Shown here one piece after another: positions 50,355 to 63,699 of a DNA stretch of 64,000 nucleotides. The position numbers and the translations under genes were made by a program. The notes below the pieces were generated by a model. That model was not told the origin of the DNA and did not search any database. It worked only from the letters and a program-made list of their open reading frames with translations. Where the stretch lies: assembly GCF_031769215.1 (NCBI RefSeq), contig NW_026782111.1, forward strand, positions 930,001-994,000, given 5' to 3'. This DNA comes from Ylistrum balloti (Eukaryota). How positions within the stretch are numbered: position 1 is the first letter of the stretch; every line of letters begins with the position of its first letter.

Positions 50355-50920
50355 GCATTCTGGAGGTGTTAGTTAAAGACCATTCGGGAGGTGTCTGTGA
50401 TAGAACATTCGGGAGGTGTCAGTGATAGACCATTCGGGAGGTGTCTGTGATAGAACATTCGGGAGGTGTCTGTGATAGACCATTCGGGAGGTGTCTGTGA
50501 TAGAACATTGAGGAGGTGTCCGGGTGAATTTTCGAAATTTTTCGGTGATAGAACATTAAGGTGGTGTCTTTGATAGAACATTTTGGAGTGTCAGGGTGAC
50601 GTTTTCTGGAGTTGTCGGTGAAAGACCTTTCAGGAGGTGTCTGTGATAGAATATTCGGGAGGTGTCGGGGGTGAAGAATTCTGGAGGTGTCTGATAGAAC
50701 ATTCGGAAGTGTCTATGATAGAACATTCGGGAGTGTCTGTGATAGAACACGTGGAAAGTGTCCGGGGTGAAGTATTCGGGAGTTGTCAGGGGTGAAGTAT
50801 TCTGGAGGTGTGGGTGATAGAACATTCGGGAGATGTCAGGGGTTAAGTAATCGGGAGGTGTCGGTGACAGAACATTCGGCAGGTGTCTGTGATAGAACAT
50901 TCGGCAGGTGTCTGTGATAT
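50355..50920. repeat. 25-bp minisatellite (GTGTCTGTGATAGAACATTCGGGAG), degenerate
   Basis: Period 25 (50401 vs 50426). Confidence 0.9.
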
Positions 50921-51184
50921 GTAGCTTTTTGTTCTTTGAAACATGTTTGATAAAGTTCTAGGATATGCTTGATCAGAAACTGACTACTGGTTGACAGATC
51001 TCCTCGACAAACCTCTTTATCTCTAAAACGGCTGAATAATGACGGATAATTAGAATAAAAATATGATAATGTAAAAGTACTGTGTAATAAAGTTGGTTTT
51101 CAATTGTTGTTGTTTTACTTCACCACTTCTTAAGAAGACCTGATGGTATAAGAAATTAAAAGAGACAAATAATTGGCCTTTTTC

Positions 51185-51340
51185 TATCGGTTTGTCTCCC
51201 TCTCCTATCCCATTCCTTTCCCTTTCTCTCTTTCCTCACCCAATCTCTCGCTCTTTCTCACACTGTCCGCTCTCGTCTTCCTCTCACTCGCTCTTCGCCA
51301 CACCCCTTCTTTCTCTCTCATCCATCCTATCTCTTACAAA
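51185..51340. repeat. CT-rich low-complexity tract
   Basis: Directly visible. Confidence 0.8.
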
Positions 51341-52454
51341 TTCTGCTTTACTAAGGGGATATCCAATGAAAACAAAACTTCCAGTAGCCAAGCGTATCCA
51401 ACTAGAGGTACCCTACAACAGTGAAATCTCAGTAGCCAAGAGTATCCAACCAAAGGTATCCTAAAACAGTGAAAACCTCCTATACATCCAGTAGATAAGA
51501 ATATCCAACCACAGGTATCCTACAACAGTGAAAACCTCTTATACGTAAAATACAAATATAACAGACGCGTCCAATCAGAAGAGAATTTCAAATGTAGATT
51601 TTGTAGATGAGGTTATAGTGCAATAAACCGTATCGACCTACATTCACGTCAGAGAAAACCTACTGACAGGACAATTGAAGTTTAAGAGACGTTTGATTGC
51701 ATGGCGGTACCTTTCGCATCTGTGGTGGAATAGAAATATTCTAATTTTGAGAAAGTTTATTACATATTCCAAACAAACTGATCTTCTCAGGTGTCTGCAA
51801 TGAACTTACACAATTATTTTTTAATTTCCCTTTAAAATCTGCTGTATATAATTAGATGTAAAAGAAATATTTCAAGTCCGCTTCACGACAACAAACTTCA
51901 TCATTGGTAGACTTACCAACGTTACCTCCCTAGTAAACCTTACGTACACACGCATGTAAATATCTTATCCAATACATCGGTGGAACTCGTGTACTCTTAG
52001 TTTTAGCCTAGAAAACAAGACACCATTTGACTCACCAGAATTAAAAATTCATTACATCCGGATACGCGTTTGAGTAAATACAGCAGCAATCCTGTTGAAT
52101 TTTAAATGATGTGATATATATATGGATATCTGTTGGAAAACAAGCAGACCAATAGATTTTTATTTAAACCATATTCATATGTATGTAGTATCGCGGAATG
52201 ACGCAAGTTTTTAAAACGGCTTTCAATTTTAAATTAATTTTAATGTTTATGTAGCGCACTGAAATTTTTCTCCATATATCTCTGGCTTGACCAATAAAAT
52301 AATGCTTTGTTAGACCAAAATATGTCTTTCACATGGGACTTTACTATGATCCTTGTCTCACTAAAGTATATCTACCACAGGGGGCTGTCATGTGATCCTT
52401 GTCTCACTAAAATATATATTACAAGGGTAGGTACCGTGATGATTGTATGTCTAA

Positions 52455-52630
52455 AATATATTTATCACAGGATTTGCATGGCTGGTGTCGTCGATGAAGC
52501 ATACGACACTTACTCTTCAGGAACACCTGGTCTTATTCTCCTTGTACTTTTTCATAAATCTTCGTGTAAATCTTTCTCTTGTTCATATTGTATCCTAGTT
52601 TTAATTAATTTGGGTTTGGTTTATTATCAA
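52455..52630 (+). mobile_element. Second copy of the retroelement-like 3' tail seen at 16946-17110
   Basis: TTTGCATGGCTGGTGTCGTCGATGAAGCATACGACACTTACTCTTCAGGAACACCTGGTCTTATTCTCCTTGTACTTTTTCA aligns to TTTACATGGCGGGTGTTATCGATGAAACAGAAGACGCTTACTCTTCCGGAACACCTGGTTTAATTCTCTCTGTACTTTTTCA. Confidence 0.65.
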
Positions 52631-53844
52631 GCTGACATGTCGGCATTTTCTTGTTGTGTTTTATTTGTTTACATACCTGTAACTACCACAGGAAGTTGTA
52701 ACATATGGTACCTGTTTTGTACATGTATAATACATGCAAGCTTCGGGAGATTGTGTTATAACGATCCTCACTTTGAAAATGGATAATATTACCGTCAGCT
52801 AAGATGAAAGGACGTCGCTGCAGTCTGCCGTGTCAGGCATTGTTTTATTAAAGAGGAAAAGTGGCACTCAAAACCAAGTGCGCGAATACCATCAACGTTT
52901 TGTTGTGTTTTAGGAATGTTTATAAGCATATGAGTAGGGAAATATGAAAAAAATGTAACACAAGTTTGTAAGTTGTCCTTTTAATTTCAGATCGAGAAAT
53001 TTTGATTGATTTGTTGAAATATAATTCGATCGTTTTAAAATAAAATCCCGAAAATTTTACCTGTGAAAATTCAAGGTATTTGGGCTTAAAATGGATTTCC
53101 CTAGGCGTACACTACACCTTCATATACACTTGTAATATCTCTTCTGATTGGACGCTTCTTTTGCAGGTCACCTCGGATTGGTCAATTCATGTGAAAGGCG
53201 ATTTTGCTTACATTGGAGATACCGTTAGTAACGAGAGTATAAAAGAAATTGTGTAGGTATAAAAACATGAAGAGGGGATGTGAGGGAGGGAGGAAAAGGG
53301 AAAGAGTGAGTCAGATAGAGAAAGGGGAGATATAGAGAGAATGAAAAATGGGGCGAGTTCGAGACGGAAGACGAAGAGATGGAAAGTCAGTTTCACCTTT
53401 TCTCTCTCGCAATAAAAGCAATAAGTGAAAGATTTCGTTTACATTTCCGTTATATTTGGGATTTTTATCTCTTTAAAATGTTTTATGGAAATTAAAGAGA
53501 TCTAATTTTCATTTCATAAAATCGTTAGCCATAATTAAGTACGTTATTGCAATGAAATTCTTCAGTTGTTCCCTTTAAAATAAGTCATCAAAAACGCAAC
53601 ATCAATCGTTAAGACATCAAGGATAAAGGTCAAACTTGTGTTTTCCATTGTTTCTGATACGGTAATGAAACAATTATAAAGTACCTGTACATATCGATGT
53701 TCTAGTTTGAAAATAATCGATGTTCTAGTGTCAAACAAAACATCACTTATCCATCTAACGTTAGAACGAAGGAAAAAGGATTTCCACTGACTGACCGTGT
53801 CGCTGTGACCGTCATTACCGAGCTCTGTGTTCTGGTAGCCGTTT

Positions 53845-54306
53845 TTATGGATATTGAATGGGCAATTTGTAATTACGTATATATGGGTCTTTGACGGTAC
53901 TTTGTATTCTTCCGTTTAATGTCACGAATCTAAGCTTTCCTTTGAAGCGTTTGGTCAGTAGCTCTAACGAAACCGTGATCACAACAAAGCTCGAGTTCTG
54001 GTGCGGGCTTGTGGTACTAAATGACGTATGACAAGGCGATTGACAGGGAACGCCAGACCTGGGGAGGAATTCAATACGCCGATATGTGTCGCTCATGGTA
54101 ATTAGAGATTTCAGACAAAGGGAGCGAAACCAGCATTGAACGCAAGCAATATGCGGGCAATATTTTGACAGAAAGTCCGTTGCCCTTTGCTGGTCCGAGT
54201 TCTGTTGCGCTGGCAATGAACGTCTTGTTTGGAATTCGTATAATTGGTCCCGTATTTGCTTCACCGAAGCGGTTATAAAATCGCCTTCGGTAAACGAGGA
54301 AACCAT
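53845..54306 (-). CDS. Unidentified 153-aa ORF in a locally GC-richer, non-repetitive segment
   Basis: ATG in CATAATGG context and no repeat origin. No family recognised. Confidence 0.2.
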   Translation of the reverse strand: MVSSFTEGDFITASVKQIRDQLYEFQTRRSLPAQQNSDQQRATDFLSKYCPHIACVQCWFRSLCLKSLITMSDTYRRIEFLPRSGVPCQSPCHTSFSTTSPHQNSSFVVITVSLELLTKRFKGKLRFVTLNGRIQSTVKDPYIRNYKLPIQYP

Positions 54307-54854
54307 TATGGCTAGATGTTACATCTTACAAACAGCTGATTCTTATTTATTAGAATCAGACACCGATATTGACCCGTGGGCATCAAATCCATAGGTCGTG
54401 GACAGTTTTTAATCAATGATTCGCATCCAAGACCTCGTCAGGGACAGAATACTATCATAACGGGCGTCTCTCAAATTCTCATATTTCAATCATAGCGTCT
54501 TTACGTTTGCAAATTAATTCAATGTCGATACCAGCTTATTTTTAATATGGTATACATGAAATTTCCTGTTAGATTGATATGACGTAACTGATACGTCATC
54601 ACATCAACAGATAAACTTTTATCCCAATAGCGTGAAAAGATGAAAGGTTATCCTCTCATTCAATTATTGGGCTTCTTTCAGTTGGCATTCACATGAGGTA
54701 TGAATGCCAATAGACCCAAGGAAACACGATACTAACGCACTACACTGAATTTACATTAGTCTGGTTGACTTTGATATTTTATATGAATGCAAGATGACAG
54801 ACATTGATCCAACATTTTGCAAAATATTCAGTGTTATAGAAGTTTAAACTGATT

Positions 54855-54958
54855 TATAAACAAACAAACAAACAAGCGAACGAACGAACGAACGAACGAA
54901 CGAACGAACGAACGAACGAACTTTCAAACAAACAAACAAACGACAAACAAACAAACAC
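54855..54958. repeat. (AAAC)n-(GAAC)n-(AAAC)n compound microsatellite
   Basis: Directly visible. Confidence 0.9.
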
Positions 54959-55789
54959 GTGTTTCATCAAACATAGGCGTCATGTTTAAATGATGACATA
55001 GCAATAATGATGGCGTCAACAATCGAGCAACGACACTCAAATGGCTATAAACAGTATCTCATTTTGGTTGGAAAATACAATAACCTCAATTAAGGTGCAA
55101 TGGCAAATACGGTATTATAACTGCGGTTTATACTGATTACAAAGAAGCTTAAGGAATAGAGTGAAAAATTCCGTTCCAAATAGATCAGACGTACGTTTCA
55201 ATTTTACGACATTTACTGCAGACAATTGACTAAAAATAAACCAAACCCCAAATTAATTGCAAAAGACTTCCTTTTTATTTAAAATCCATGTAATTATTTT
55301 GCGTAGTAACGGTGTTTTTTCCCAAGTGAAACATTTACTATAATGAATTGACTTAAGAATCTGATATCGGAGAGATAAACCATCGCGGAGACGCTGGCAT
55401 AGATAGACATTAAACAGTAGACACCTGAATACCGCCATCATCCTACCCGGAGACATTAGAGTCGCGGGTACACAGGTATCTCGGAACTAATGGCGTCCAC
55501 TGTCTGTGTTTGTCCAATAAAGCATGATTAGTAGGGATTTATGTGTTTAATCGTCCAAAGAGGCATTATAATTAATCACTAATAGACACAGCTGTTCTAT
55601 ATTTAACTGATTACAAAGAGAAAACTGACTAGACTCTTTCATAATATGTTCGTAAACAAGTTTTTAATTAAAACATGAAAAAATAGCATTTGCTCTCTGA
55701 CAAACAAACGGACACCAGGATATTTTGTAATGACCGAGATGAAAGATTGATGATTTATTGATGTGAAATTACCCACTCAACATACTGAT

Positions 55790-56550
55790 ACTGTAACGCG
55801 AGGCTGTTACAAACAAGTGTCCCTTATTTTAATGTGAAGCTGTTGCCCTACCCGCTTTAAACTTCGGATGTAAGAATAGGTGTGCCCCTCTCCTCCCCCT
55901 ACCACACCCACACCCTCCGCTGTAATGTGAGCCTGTTACAACAAGTTAAGTCTGTAACATGATGCTGTTACAAAACCCAACTCCATTCCACCACAATCCT
56001 AAGCTGTTACAGTAGGTATTTCACCCCTACTGTAATATGAAGCTGTTACAACAAGCCCCATTCCACTCCGCTATAATCGGAAGCTGTTACAATAAGTGGT
56101 TCGACCTTGCTGTTACATGTGGCTGTCACAACAAGCCCCACTCCACTCCAGTATAATCTGAACCTATTACAATAAGTATTCAGCCCTTCTGTAATATAAT
56201 GCTGTTACAAAATCCCACTCCACTCCACCACAATCTTAAGCTGTTACAGTAAGTATTTCACCCCTACTGTTATATGAGGCTGTGACAACAAGCCCCATTC
56301 CACTCCGCTATAATCTGAAGCTATTTCAATAAGTGTTTCGACCTTGCTGTAACATGTTCATCCACAACTTTAATATGAGACTGTTACAACAAGCCCCACT
56401 CCACTCCGCTATAATCTGAAGCTGTTACAATAAGTGTTTCACCCCTGCTATAAGATGAGGCTGTTACAAAGCCCCACTCCACTCCACCACAGTCTTAAGC
56501 TGTTACAATAAGTATTTCACCCCCTGCTGTATTGCGAGGCTGTTACAATA
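55790..56550. repeat. Degenerate ~40-bp repeat with alternating (dimeric) units built on GCTGTTACA
   Basis: Units alternate GCTGTTACAACAAGCCCCACTCCACTCC... and GCTGTTACAATAAGT(G/A)TTTCACCCCT... Confidence 0.85.
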
Positions 56551-57789
56551 AGTACACACTCGTTTGGATTTGATAATAACATGAATGCACCTTATAACCT
56601 TAATGTTATTGGGTTTTGCCATCAAATCTTTAATTGTCTCTCTCTCTCAATAGTTCGCACAGCATTGACGATGTCTGCAACATTGATTCAATTATCTTAA
56701 ACGAACATTTTGGCTTTCTCATAAATACATCTTTATGCGTTGGAAGAGTACAGACCGTAAATACAATACTGTGTACAAGTTACGAATCCGGGTTTTATAT
56801 TATGGTCCGATAAAGGCCCCCGCCCTTGTCACAATAATACACGGAACTTTCATCCATCTTGACAGTTAGTGTGATGTACGAAGAGAAACGATAAAAATAT
56901 ATAAGCCATTGATATTTCTAGCCCTTTTTTAGCGTTTTTATTGACTAGGTATAACCATCTCTGATCGGAAAAGCATAGACAGTTAACTCCAGACAGCCGA
57001 GAAACAGAATGACTCGCTTGTTAATTGCCTCGCTGTCCAACGATCTGTGGCAAAACTATCAGAAAATGAATCCCTTGTATGAAAGAGGCAGTTTCGCTAC
57101 CGAGTTCCTGTTGATAAATCCAGTATATATTTTATTCGTATGATGGAATAGTGTCTACATTGACGTCATTGAAATGTATTTCTTGTCTGCAATCAGTTTC
57201 TAAATTAATATGGCCGAGTTTATATTTAATCTGTGGAAAACACCGTATCCTATAAAAACCATACAGTTTCATTTCAACAGATTGTCACATCTCTTGAAAA
57301 CGCATTTAATTTGTACGAGAGCCAAAGGCGAATGTCACTGATATCCTGTACGGATGCACTTAGGCACGTGGATCGTTCTCATTTGAAGACATTCACATTT
57401 CAACGACTAATCGAAAAGACGTGCATGTTGAGCGTGATGCAAAACTCAGGAGCGTTACTTAGTTAAATTAAAGTGTGGATGATATGGATAGTGCATTTCT
57501 ACATGGGAGTAAGTCTAAGTGTAGCAGCTTACGTCATCATCGATCTGTTCATGACTGGAAGTCTGTCCAATTGTTTGACCCCTTCTCCTCTTGACTGTTC
57601 TTCTCATCGGTTTATGACCGGGCGTTGCTTAAACTAGAAACAAAACTGAATGACTACAATCAAACGGAACGAACTCCATTCCATTTCCTTTCTATTTCGT
57701 TTCTATTTTTAGCAATACTCTTTCATGATTTCAAGGGTTCCAGACCATTCTGTGACTTCCCGTCTTAATGACTGTTATTCTGGCCAGTC

Positions 57790-58830
57790 TATAACATCCG
57801 GATTTCCTGACTGTCCAGTCTCCTGGATACTAACTCTGACCAGGTAATGACCTCCAGTCTTCACGATTGTAATTCTGACAAATCTATGACCTCAAGTCTT
57901 CCTGACTGTAATTCTGACAAGTCTATGACCTCCAGACTTCCTGACTGTAATTCTGACCAGTCTATGACCTCATGTCTTCCTGACTGTAATTCTGACCAGT
58001 CTATGACTTCCAGTCTTCCTCACTGTAATTCTGACCAGGTGATGACCTCCAGTCTTCTCGACTGTAATCCTGACCAGTCTATGACCTCTAGTCTTCCTCA
58101 CTGTAATTCTGACAAGTCTATGACCTCCAGTCTTCCTGACTGTAATTCTGAAAAGTCTATGACTTCCAGTCTTCCTGACTGTAATTCTGACCAGTCTATG
58201 ACCTCCAGTCCTCCTGGCTGTAATTCTGACAAGTCTATGACTTCCAGTCTTCCTGACTGTAATTCTGACAAGTCTATGACCTCCAGTCTTCCTGACTGTA
58301 ATTCTGAAAAGTCTATGACTTCCAGTCTTCCTGACTGTAATTCTGACAAGTCTATGACCTCAAGTCTTCCTGACTGTAATTCTGACAAGTCTATGACTTC
58401 CAGTCTTCCTGACTGTAATTCTGACAAGTCTATGACCTCAAGTCTTCCTTACTGTAATTCTGACCAGTCTATGACCTCAAGTCTTCCTCACTGTAATTCT
58501 GACAAGTCTATGACCTCCAGTCCTCCTGGCTGTAATTCTGACCAGGTTATGACCTCCAGTCTCTCTGACTGGTAATCTGACCAGTCTATGATCTCAAATT
58601 TTCTCGACTGTAATTCTGACCAGGTAATTATCTCCAGTCTTTTTTGCTGTAATTCTGACCAGGTAATGACCTCAAGTCTTCTCGACAACAATTCTGACAA
58701 GTCTATGACCTTCAGTCTCTCTGACTGGAAATCTGAACAGTCTACGCCCTTCAGTCTACTTGACTAATTCTGACCAGTCTATGATCTCCATTCACGCGGA
58801 CATTTTTTGACCAGTCTAAAACTTCCAGTC
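57790..58830. repeat. 39-bp minisatellite (ATGACCTCCAGTCTTCCTGACTGTAATTCTGACAAGTCT); open 242-aa frame 57847-58575
   Basis: Unit is 13 codons (MTSSLPDCNSDKS). About 18 units have no indels. Confidence 0.95.
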
Positions 58831-60469
58831 TTTCTATTTTCTGGTCAATTTGTGACATTTTGAGTACTTTTTATTCTATAAATACAATTTTGTCAACAAT
58901 CCGTCTGTTGCATATCATCGTTTTCTTTAATACGTTTAAACTTCCGCGTCCCCTACCGTGAGTGATAAACAAACACACAAACACACAAAATAGAAAACAA
59001 ATAATTTCAATAGTGATAATAATACCCCTTCATACATAAAATCGAATACGCTAATTCCAGTTATCTTATCTTTCATGTATAAAATCCTCACGAAAGAATT
59101 TTTTTTTTGATGGATTTTGTTTATGAAAGGGAGTATCTAGCTCGTTCTACCTGAATGTGCGGCGCGTTGTGAATTGTATGAGGGATGCCTGATGTAGTTT
59201 TTATCTGAATAAGTTTATCGATCGCAATCACACGATATCGATCTGTTACAATAACCGCTTTTATACAATCTCTCTAAACATGACAAGATGGACGTAAACA
59301 AAAATCAACAAAAGTAAACATTACATTACCACCTTTTGTCGTGTACAATTGTCAATTAGGTTAAAACGTTTTATGCACGATTCAGGACCCTTGGTTTGTA
59401 TTGCGAGATGTTGCGCTCCGCTATAAATATTTATACTTAACAATATTTGCGATCTCGACTATAAGGCATCGCTCGCTCACTGATGGATAGGAACTAGAGT
59501 ATTGTGGTTCCTGGCGTAACAAAAGACAGCAGTTTGTCTCTATGATTGGGGGAATTAATGTATATAGGCTAGGAAGGGACACACTATGAATATTCAAGGC
59601 TCTCTTTCATCAAACACGTGGCCAATGCTTTTCCATCTTTCTTCTATTGTATTTTGGTAGAAAATTATTCACATGTAAAACAGTTTTTATCTGATTGATT
59701 CCGGAATCATGGTGATTCAACTGCATCAATCGTTCTAGAACACACAGGAGTGATAAATTCTACCGTTCGTTAGGACTCGCCTGGTAACACATCCAGTCTA
59801 AGAATGCACTTTTGAAATAACATAGCATATTCCGGATGCGAACGGACGAGTCTCGCCTTTACATTTTCTCTTGGTCACATTTCCTGGAAACGGCCACTTG
59901 TGTATATAACTGGTTTTTTTGTCTGATTGATAAGTAATGCTGATGACTGACCGAATAGCCACAACACAGTTCTCTTGTCAAGAGTAACTCTATATCTTTG
60001 TTGTAGGAACGCGTCATACGAAGTCTGCCTGGCTGTGTGTTATAGGAACACGTCACACGAACTCTCTCGATTCTGTCAGCACGGAACAGTGTGTTAACCA
60101 CCTGTATCACGCTACTATAAGCATTATACGGAGGTACAATATGGCCAACTGACCCAGGTTTAGCAAGGTAAGTATATATTACTTACATACCTGAAAGATC
60201 GTGTGAGGATTGGTTCAGGTGACGGATGACAAATGTTATTGTGTGATTACAAATGTCTGTTGCTATTTTGATGTTCAGTGCCGTGAAGACGCAGAACGAT
60301 AGGTAATGAATGAAAGACAAGAAACCTATACAAGCATTTAACTTAATTAAGTATCGTAAATCATGTCTTTCATCATTCCTTATTGACCATAATGACCACG
60401 ATATTTGTGTAAAACTGACGAAAGTCTTTGCAAAGGCATTACAGTTCATTTGGTTTGTAAATTTGTATA

Positions 60470-60735
60470 GACCTTACAGATCACGTGGTTTTAAACCTTA
60501 CAGGTCACGTGGTTGGTATAAATATAGTTTATATAGACAACACAGATCACGTAGTTTTAAACCTTATATATCACGTACGGGGCTTGTATAAACTTCACAG
60601 ATACCGTAGTTTGTATAAATCACGTGGATTGTTTTGTGGAAATGACGTAATTCGTATAGGCCTCACAGATCACGTGATTTATATTCTTGCAATATCGTCA
60701 GATACCACAGGGACCACGAATCACGTGGTTTTCAA
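60470..60735. repeat. Degenerate ~24-25-bp repeat rich in CAGATCACGTGG (E-box)
   Basis: CACGTG at ~60482, 60506, 60621, 60671 and 60722. Confidence 0.75.
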
Positions 60736-61681
60736 ACAAAACACTTCCTCTGGGAGGGTTATTAAATTCTTTACGCCGTGAAGGACTCCAGAAGTACGTG
60801 TATGAAAGAATGAAGATGAAATGAACCGACAAATGGAAAAGTCCCCCAGGTGAGATAAACTTTTCAATGATATTAAACCTAGAGGCAACGACCCAGCTAC
60901 CTATTAGCAATACATGTATACAGCCTGGAAACATGGTCTATTACGTGTTTTGTACCATAAAACACAGTTAAATGGTTGTGCCACATGTTTTTCACGCTTA
61001 AATCTTCATTATATTTTAATTTAAATTTGGACGATGGCCCCGATCAGCTGACAGAATTACAGTTATGTATTTGACGATGTTCGCAGAACACCTATTTAAT
61101 TCAATGTATATCCTGTTAATAGGCCAATTACCTCAAACGCCGCCATTTATTTAAAATATTTATATAAAACAACGGTAGCATAACCTACACTTAATTAACA
61201 GTAATAACTAACCCTGCCCTTACCTGACGTCTATGAGGACATTAAAAAAATTGGGGTGTCAAAATACGTAACAGAATGAATAATTAAGCATTTGCAACGC
61301 CTTGTTGCAATTCGATATCAGCCTGTCTGACCGTGTTTGGGTTTTCACGTGCGGATCTGAAGCCATTTCGAATGTTGACTAGTACCAGAAAGCCATACTG
61401 ATATATAAATGTACATTGTAAAACAGTTCATGGATTGTAAATAGGTGTTTTTTTGCTAACTTTATAATTTATTTGGAATTGATCACCAGGAAAGTCATCA
61501 ATTTTGTGTGGATAGGTCGATAATTTACTTGTAATTCACATGAAGGTGTAATAGAACAGACAGGTTACCGAAAGTATGCTAAATCGTTATTTCCACCTAG
61601 ATATGTCTTTAAGAAGACATTATATTTAGCCTTTATTTGTAAATCTAAATATCTTTGTATTTTCCTATGTCATTTTTTCAG

Positions 61682-61750
61682 GTTCTGTATTAATTGTGCA
61701 AGTTTTATTTATTTTCCGGTGTCATTCATTACACTATGAACCTGATTTTG
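61682..61750 (+). CDS. Candidate 69-nt phase-1 exon (SVLIVQVLFIFRCHSLHYEPDF), signal-peptide-like
   Basis: Strong acceptor TTTCCTATGTCATTTTTTCAG| and donor G|GTAAGA. Open frame and a multiple of 3. Flanking exons could not be resolved. Confidence 0.3.
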
Positions 61751-63699
61751 GTAAGAGAATAGTAACTCGTATGTGTTCAAATTGATAACGAGTGTCAAAG
61801 AATTTTTGTTTGAGTTGAGTCTTAAAACATCGATGATGTGAGACATGAACAGTGTCTTTTCCAACCTTATTCATGAGGCGACTAATGTGAAGCCAATATG
61901 TCATATTTTTTAACACATGGCATCCTCTTTTTCTTCTTCCTTTCCTGAATGTTCTCTCTTTTTTTCTCGTTACTTCTCTTTGTTGAGGGGTTGAGTAATG
62001 ATAATCTACACAACCATATAGAGATCAACTTACGTCATATATGAACTTAGTGCGTGTCATAACGAGCAGGAGAACAGTAACATGGAACATGTAAGTACAT
62101 AACAGGGTTTAGTTTCACAAATAATTCTACTGGAAGTTTTGCATTTAAATGGAATAGGGCCACCGACAAATCCTAGGTACTGCCTTTGGGAATAGGCCAA
62201 CTGTTCGATGGGATCGCCAAATACTTCTCGTGAGAGTTATCTCCCTTTTGCGCCGATACATGGGTTAGATAAAGACTTGACAACAAAGCATCTGGTATTT
62301 ACGTAAACATATTGCTATTCTGCTAATTAAGTTTAAATATTAAGTCAAAGCAAAGAAATAAGAAAATATGGCATAAGTTTAGATATTTGATGATATTAAA
62401 ATAATGTCAATTGTATGACTTCTTACCAAACTTCATTGTTCTGTGAAAAAAGAACTTTGGATGGAATTCATGTTTGAAAGTTAATTTTTTTAACTTTAAA
62501 AAAATAACGATTAAATAAATGAGAAAATGAAACAAACAACAACGCATTATTTGTATTGATTTTGTCTTTCATGAAACATTTAAATCAGCTTAACGACACA
62601 ACCAGACAGTTCAATTAATTATATCGTATTAAACAACTCCCGTGACATCTATTTTTTTCTACCATGTTTACCAACCAGCTGTGGAATAATGGAATGCGAT
62701 CCTAGCTGTAACTAGATATAACGTATCCCATTTAAACAGATATGAAAAAACAACTGCATAAGTAACTAGCTGAACTACGTTGCTACTTTAACTTCGGTAA
62801 AAAATATTTAAAAATAGTGATGAGCAACATATACCGACATGCAGCCCTTTCCGTTTGTTGTATAGGCACAACAAACGACAAAGCGTAAAAAAGAGATATA
62901 GCAAAATCACGCCAAAATGAAGCGAAAAAGTGAGAAAGGGAAAAGTGTCAAAGCGAAATAAAGAAAAAAAATCAAACTAAAGTTAAAAAATGAAAACCCG
63001 TAAAGCGCAATAACGATAACCACGCCGCAAAATATAAGTGAAAAAAAAAAACCAAACGAAACAGAAAACCCGTTAAAGCGACGAAGTGAAATAACGAAAC
63101 GTACATTAAAAAATTGTGTATATATTAGCTCACTAAAATGATATCATTTGAACTATTTTCATTTGAATTTATAGAAAGCTAATATGTCTTGTTTATAACA
63201 GAATTTACCCAGCAGTTGCCGTAACATTATACACAATCCCGTGTGTATGATAATGACTCTCGGACCAGAAAGATAACATTACTGAGATATCACGCATTCT
63301 CCACCGAAGGCGATATTCTCATTAGCATGTATGTGAATTAAAGATATTAATCAGATCATGTTTTATTAATTTTTCGGAAACATAGGCTGTTTTGCGTCGG
63401 TAATAATAGGCGTTGCCAGTTAATTTTAAATGCATAGTACACATTATACTGGTTTTATAATTCTATTTAAATATTCGCATTTGAAACTTGAAATACATCA
63501 AACATTTGTTTCTACTTAAAATTCATTTCGGTAGCTTTATCATGTAATCCTACAATACGATCGATAACGGTTATATCTCTACACAGGAAACTGATCTTGT
63601 TAAGGTTAATCATTGAACTTAATTTATTGTTATATAAAAATACCATATTATTGCTTGTTGTTACCATTCCCTCGGCGCTAAGTACAATTTTCCGATCAC

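Noticed and set aside
57480-57510. DSAFLHG as a Copia RT motif
   Set aside because: No surrounding Copia RT, integrase or LTR similarity, and it is followed directly by a splice-donor-like GTAAGT.
13793-59946. Hammerhead ribozyme cores (CTGATGA at 13793, 27462, 59940 and reverse at ~18414)
   Set aside because: None is followed by a pairable stem II and GAAA with a matching cleavage triplet on visual inspection. An Infernal scan would be decisive.
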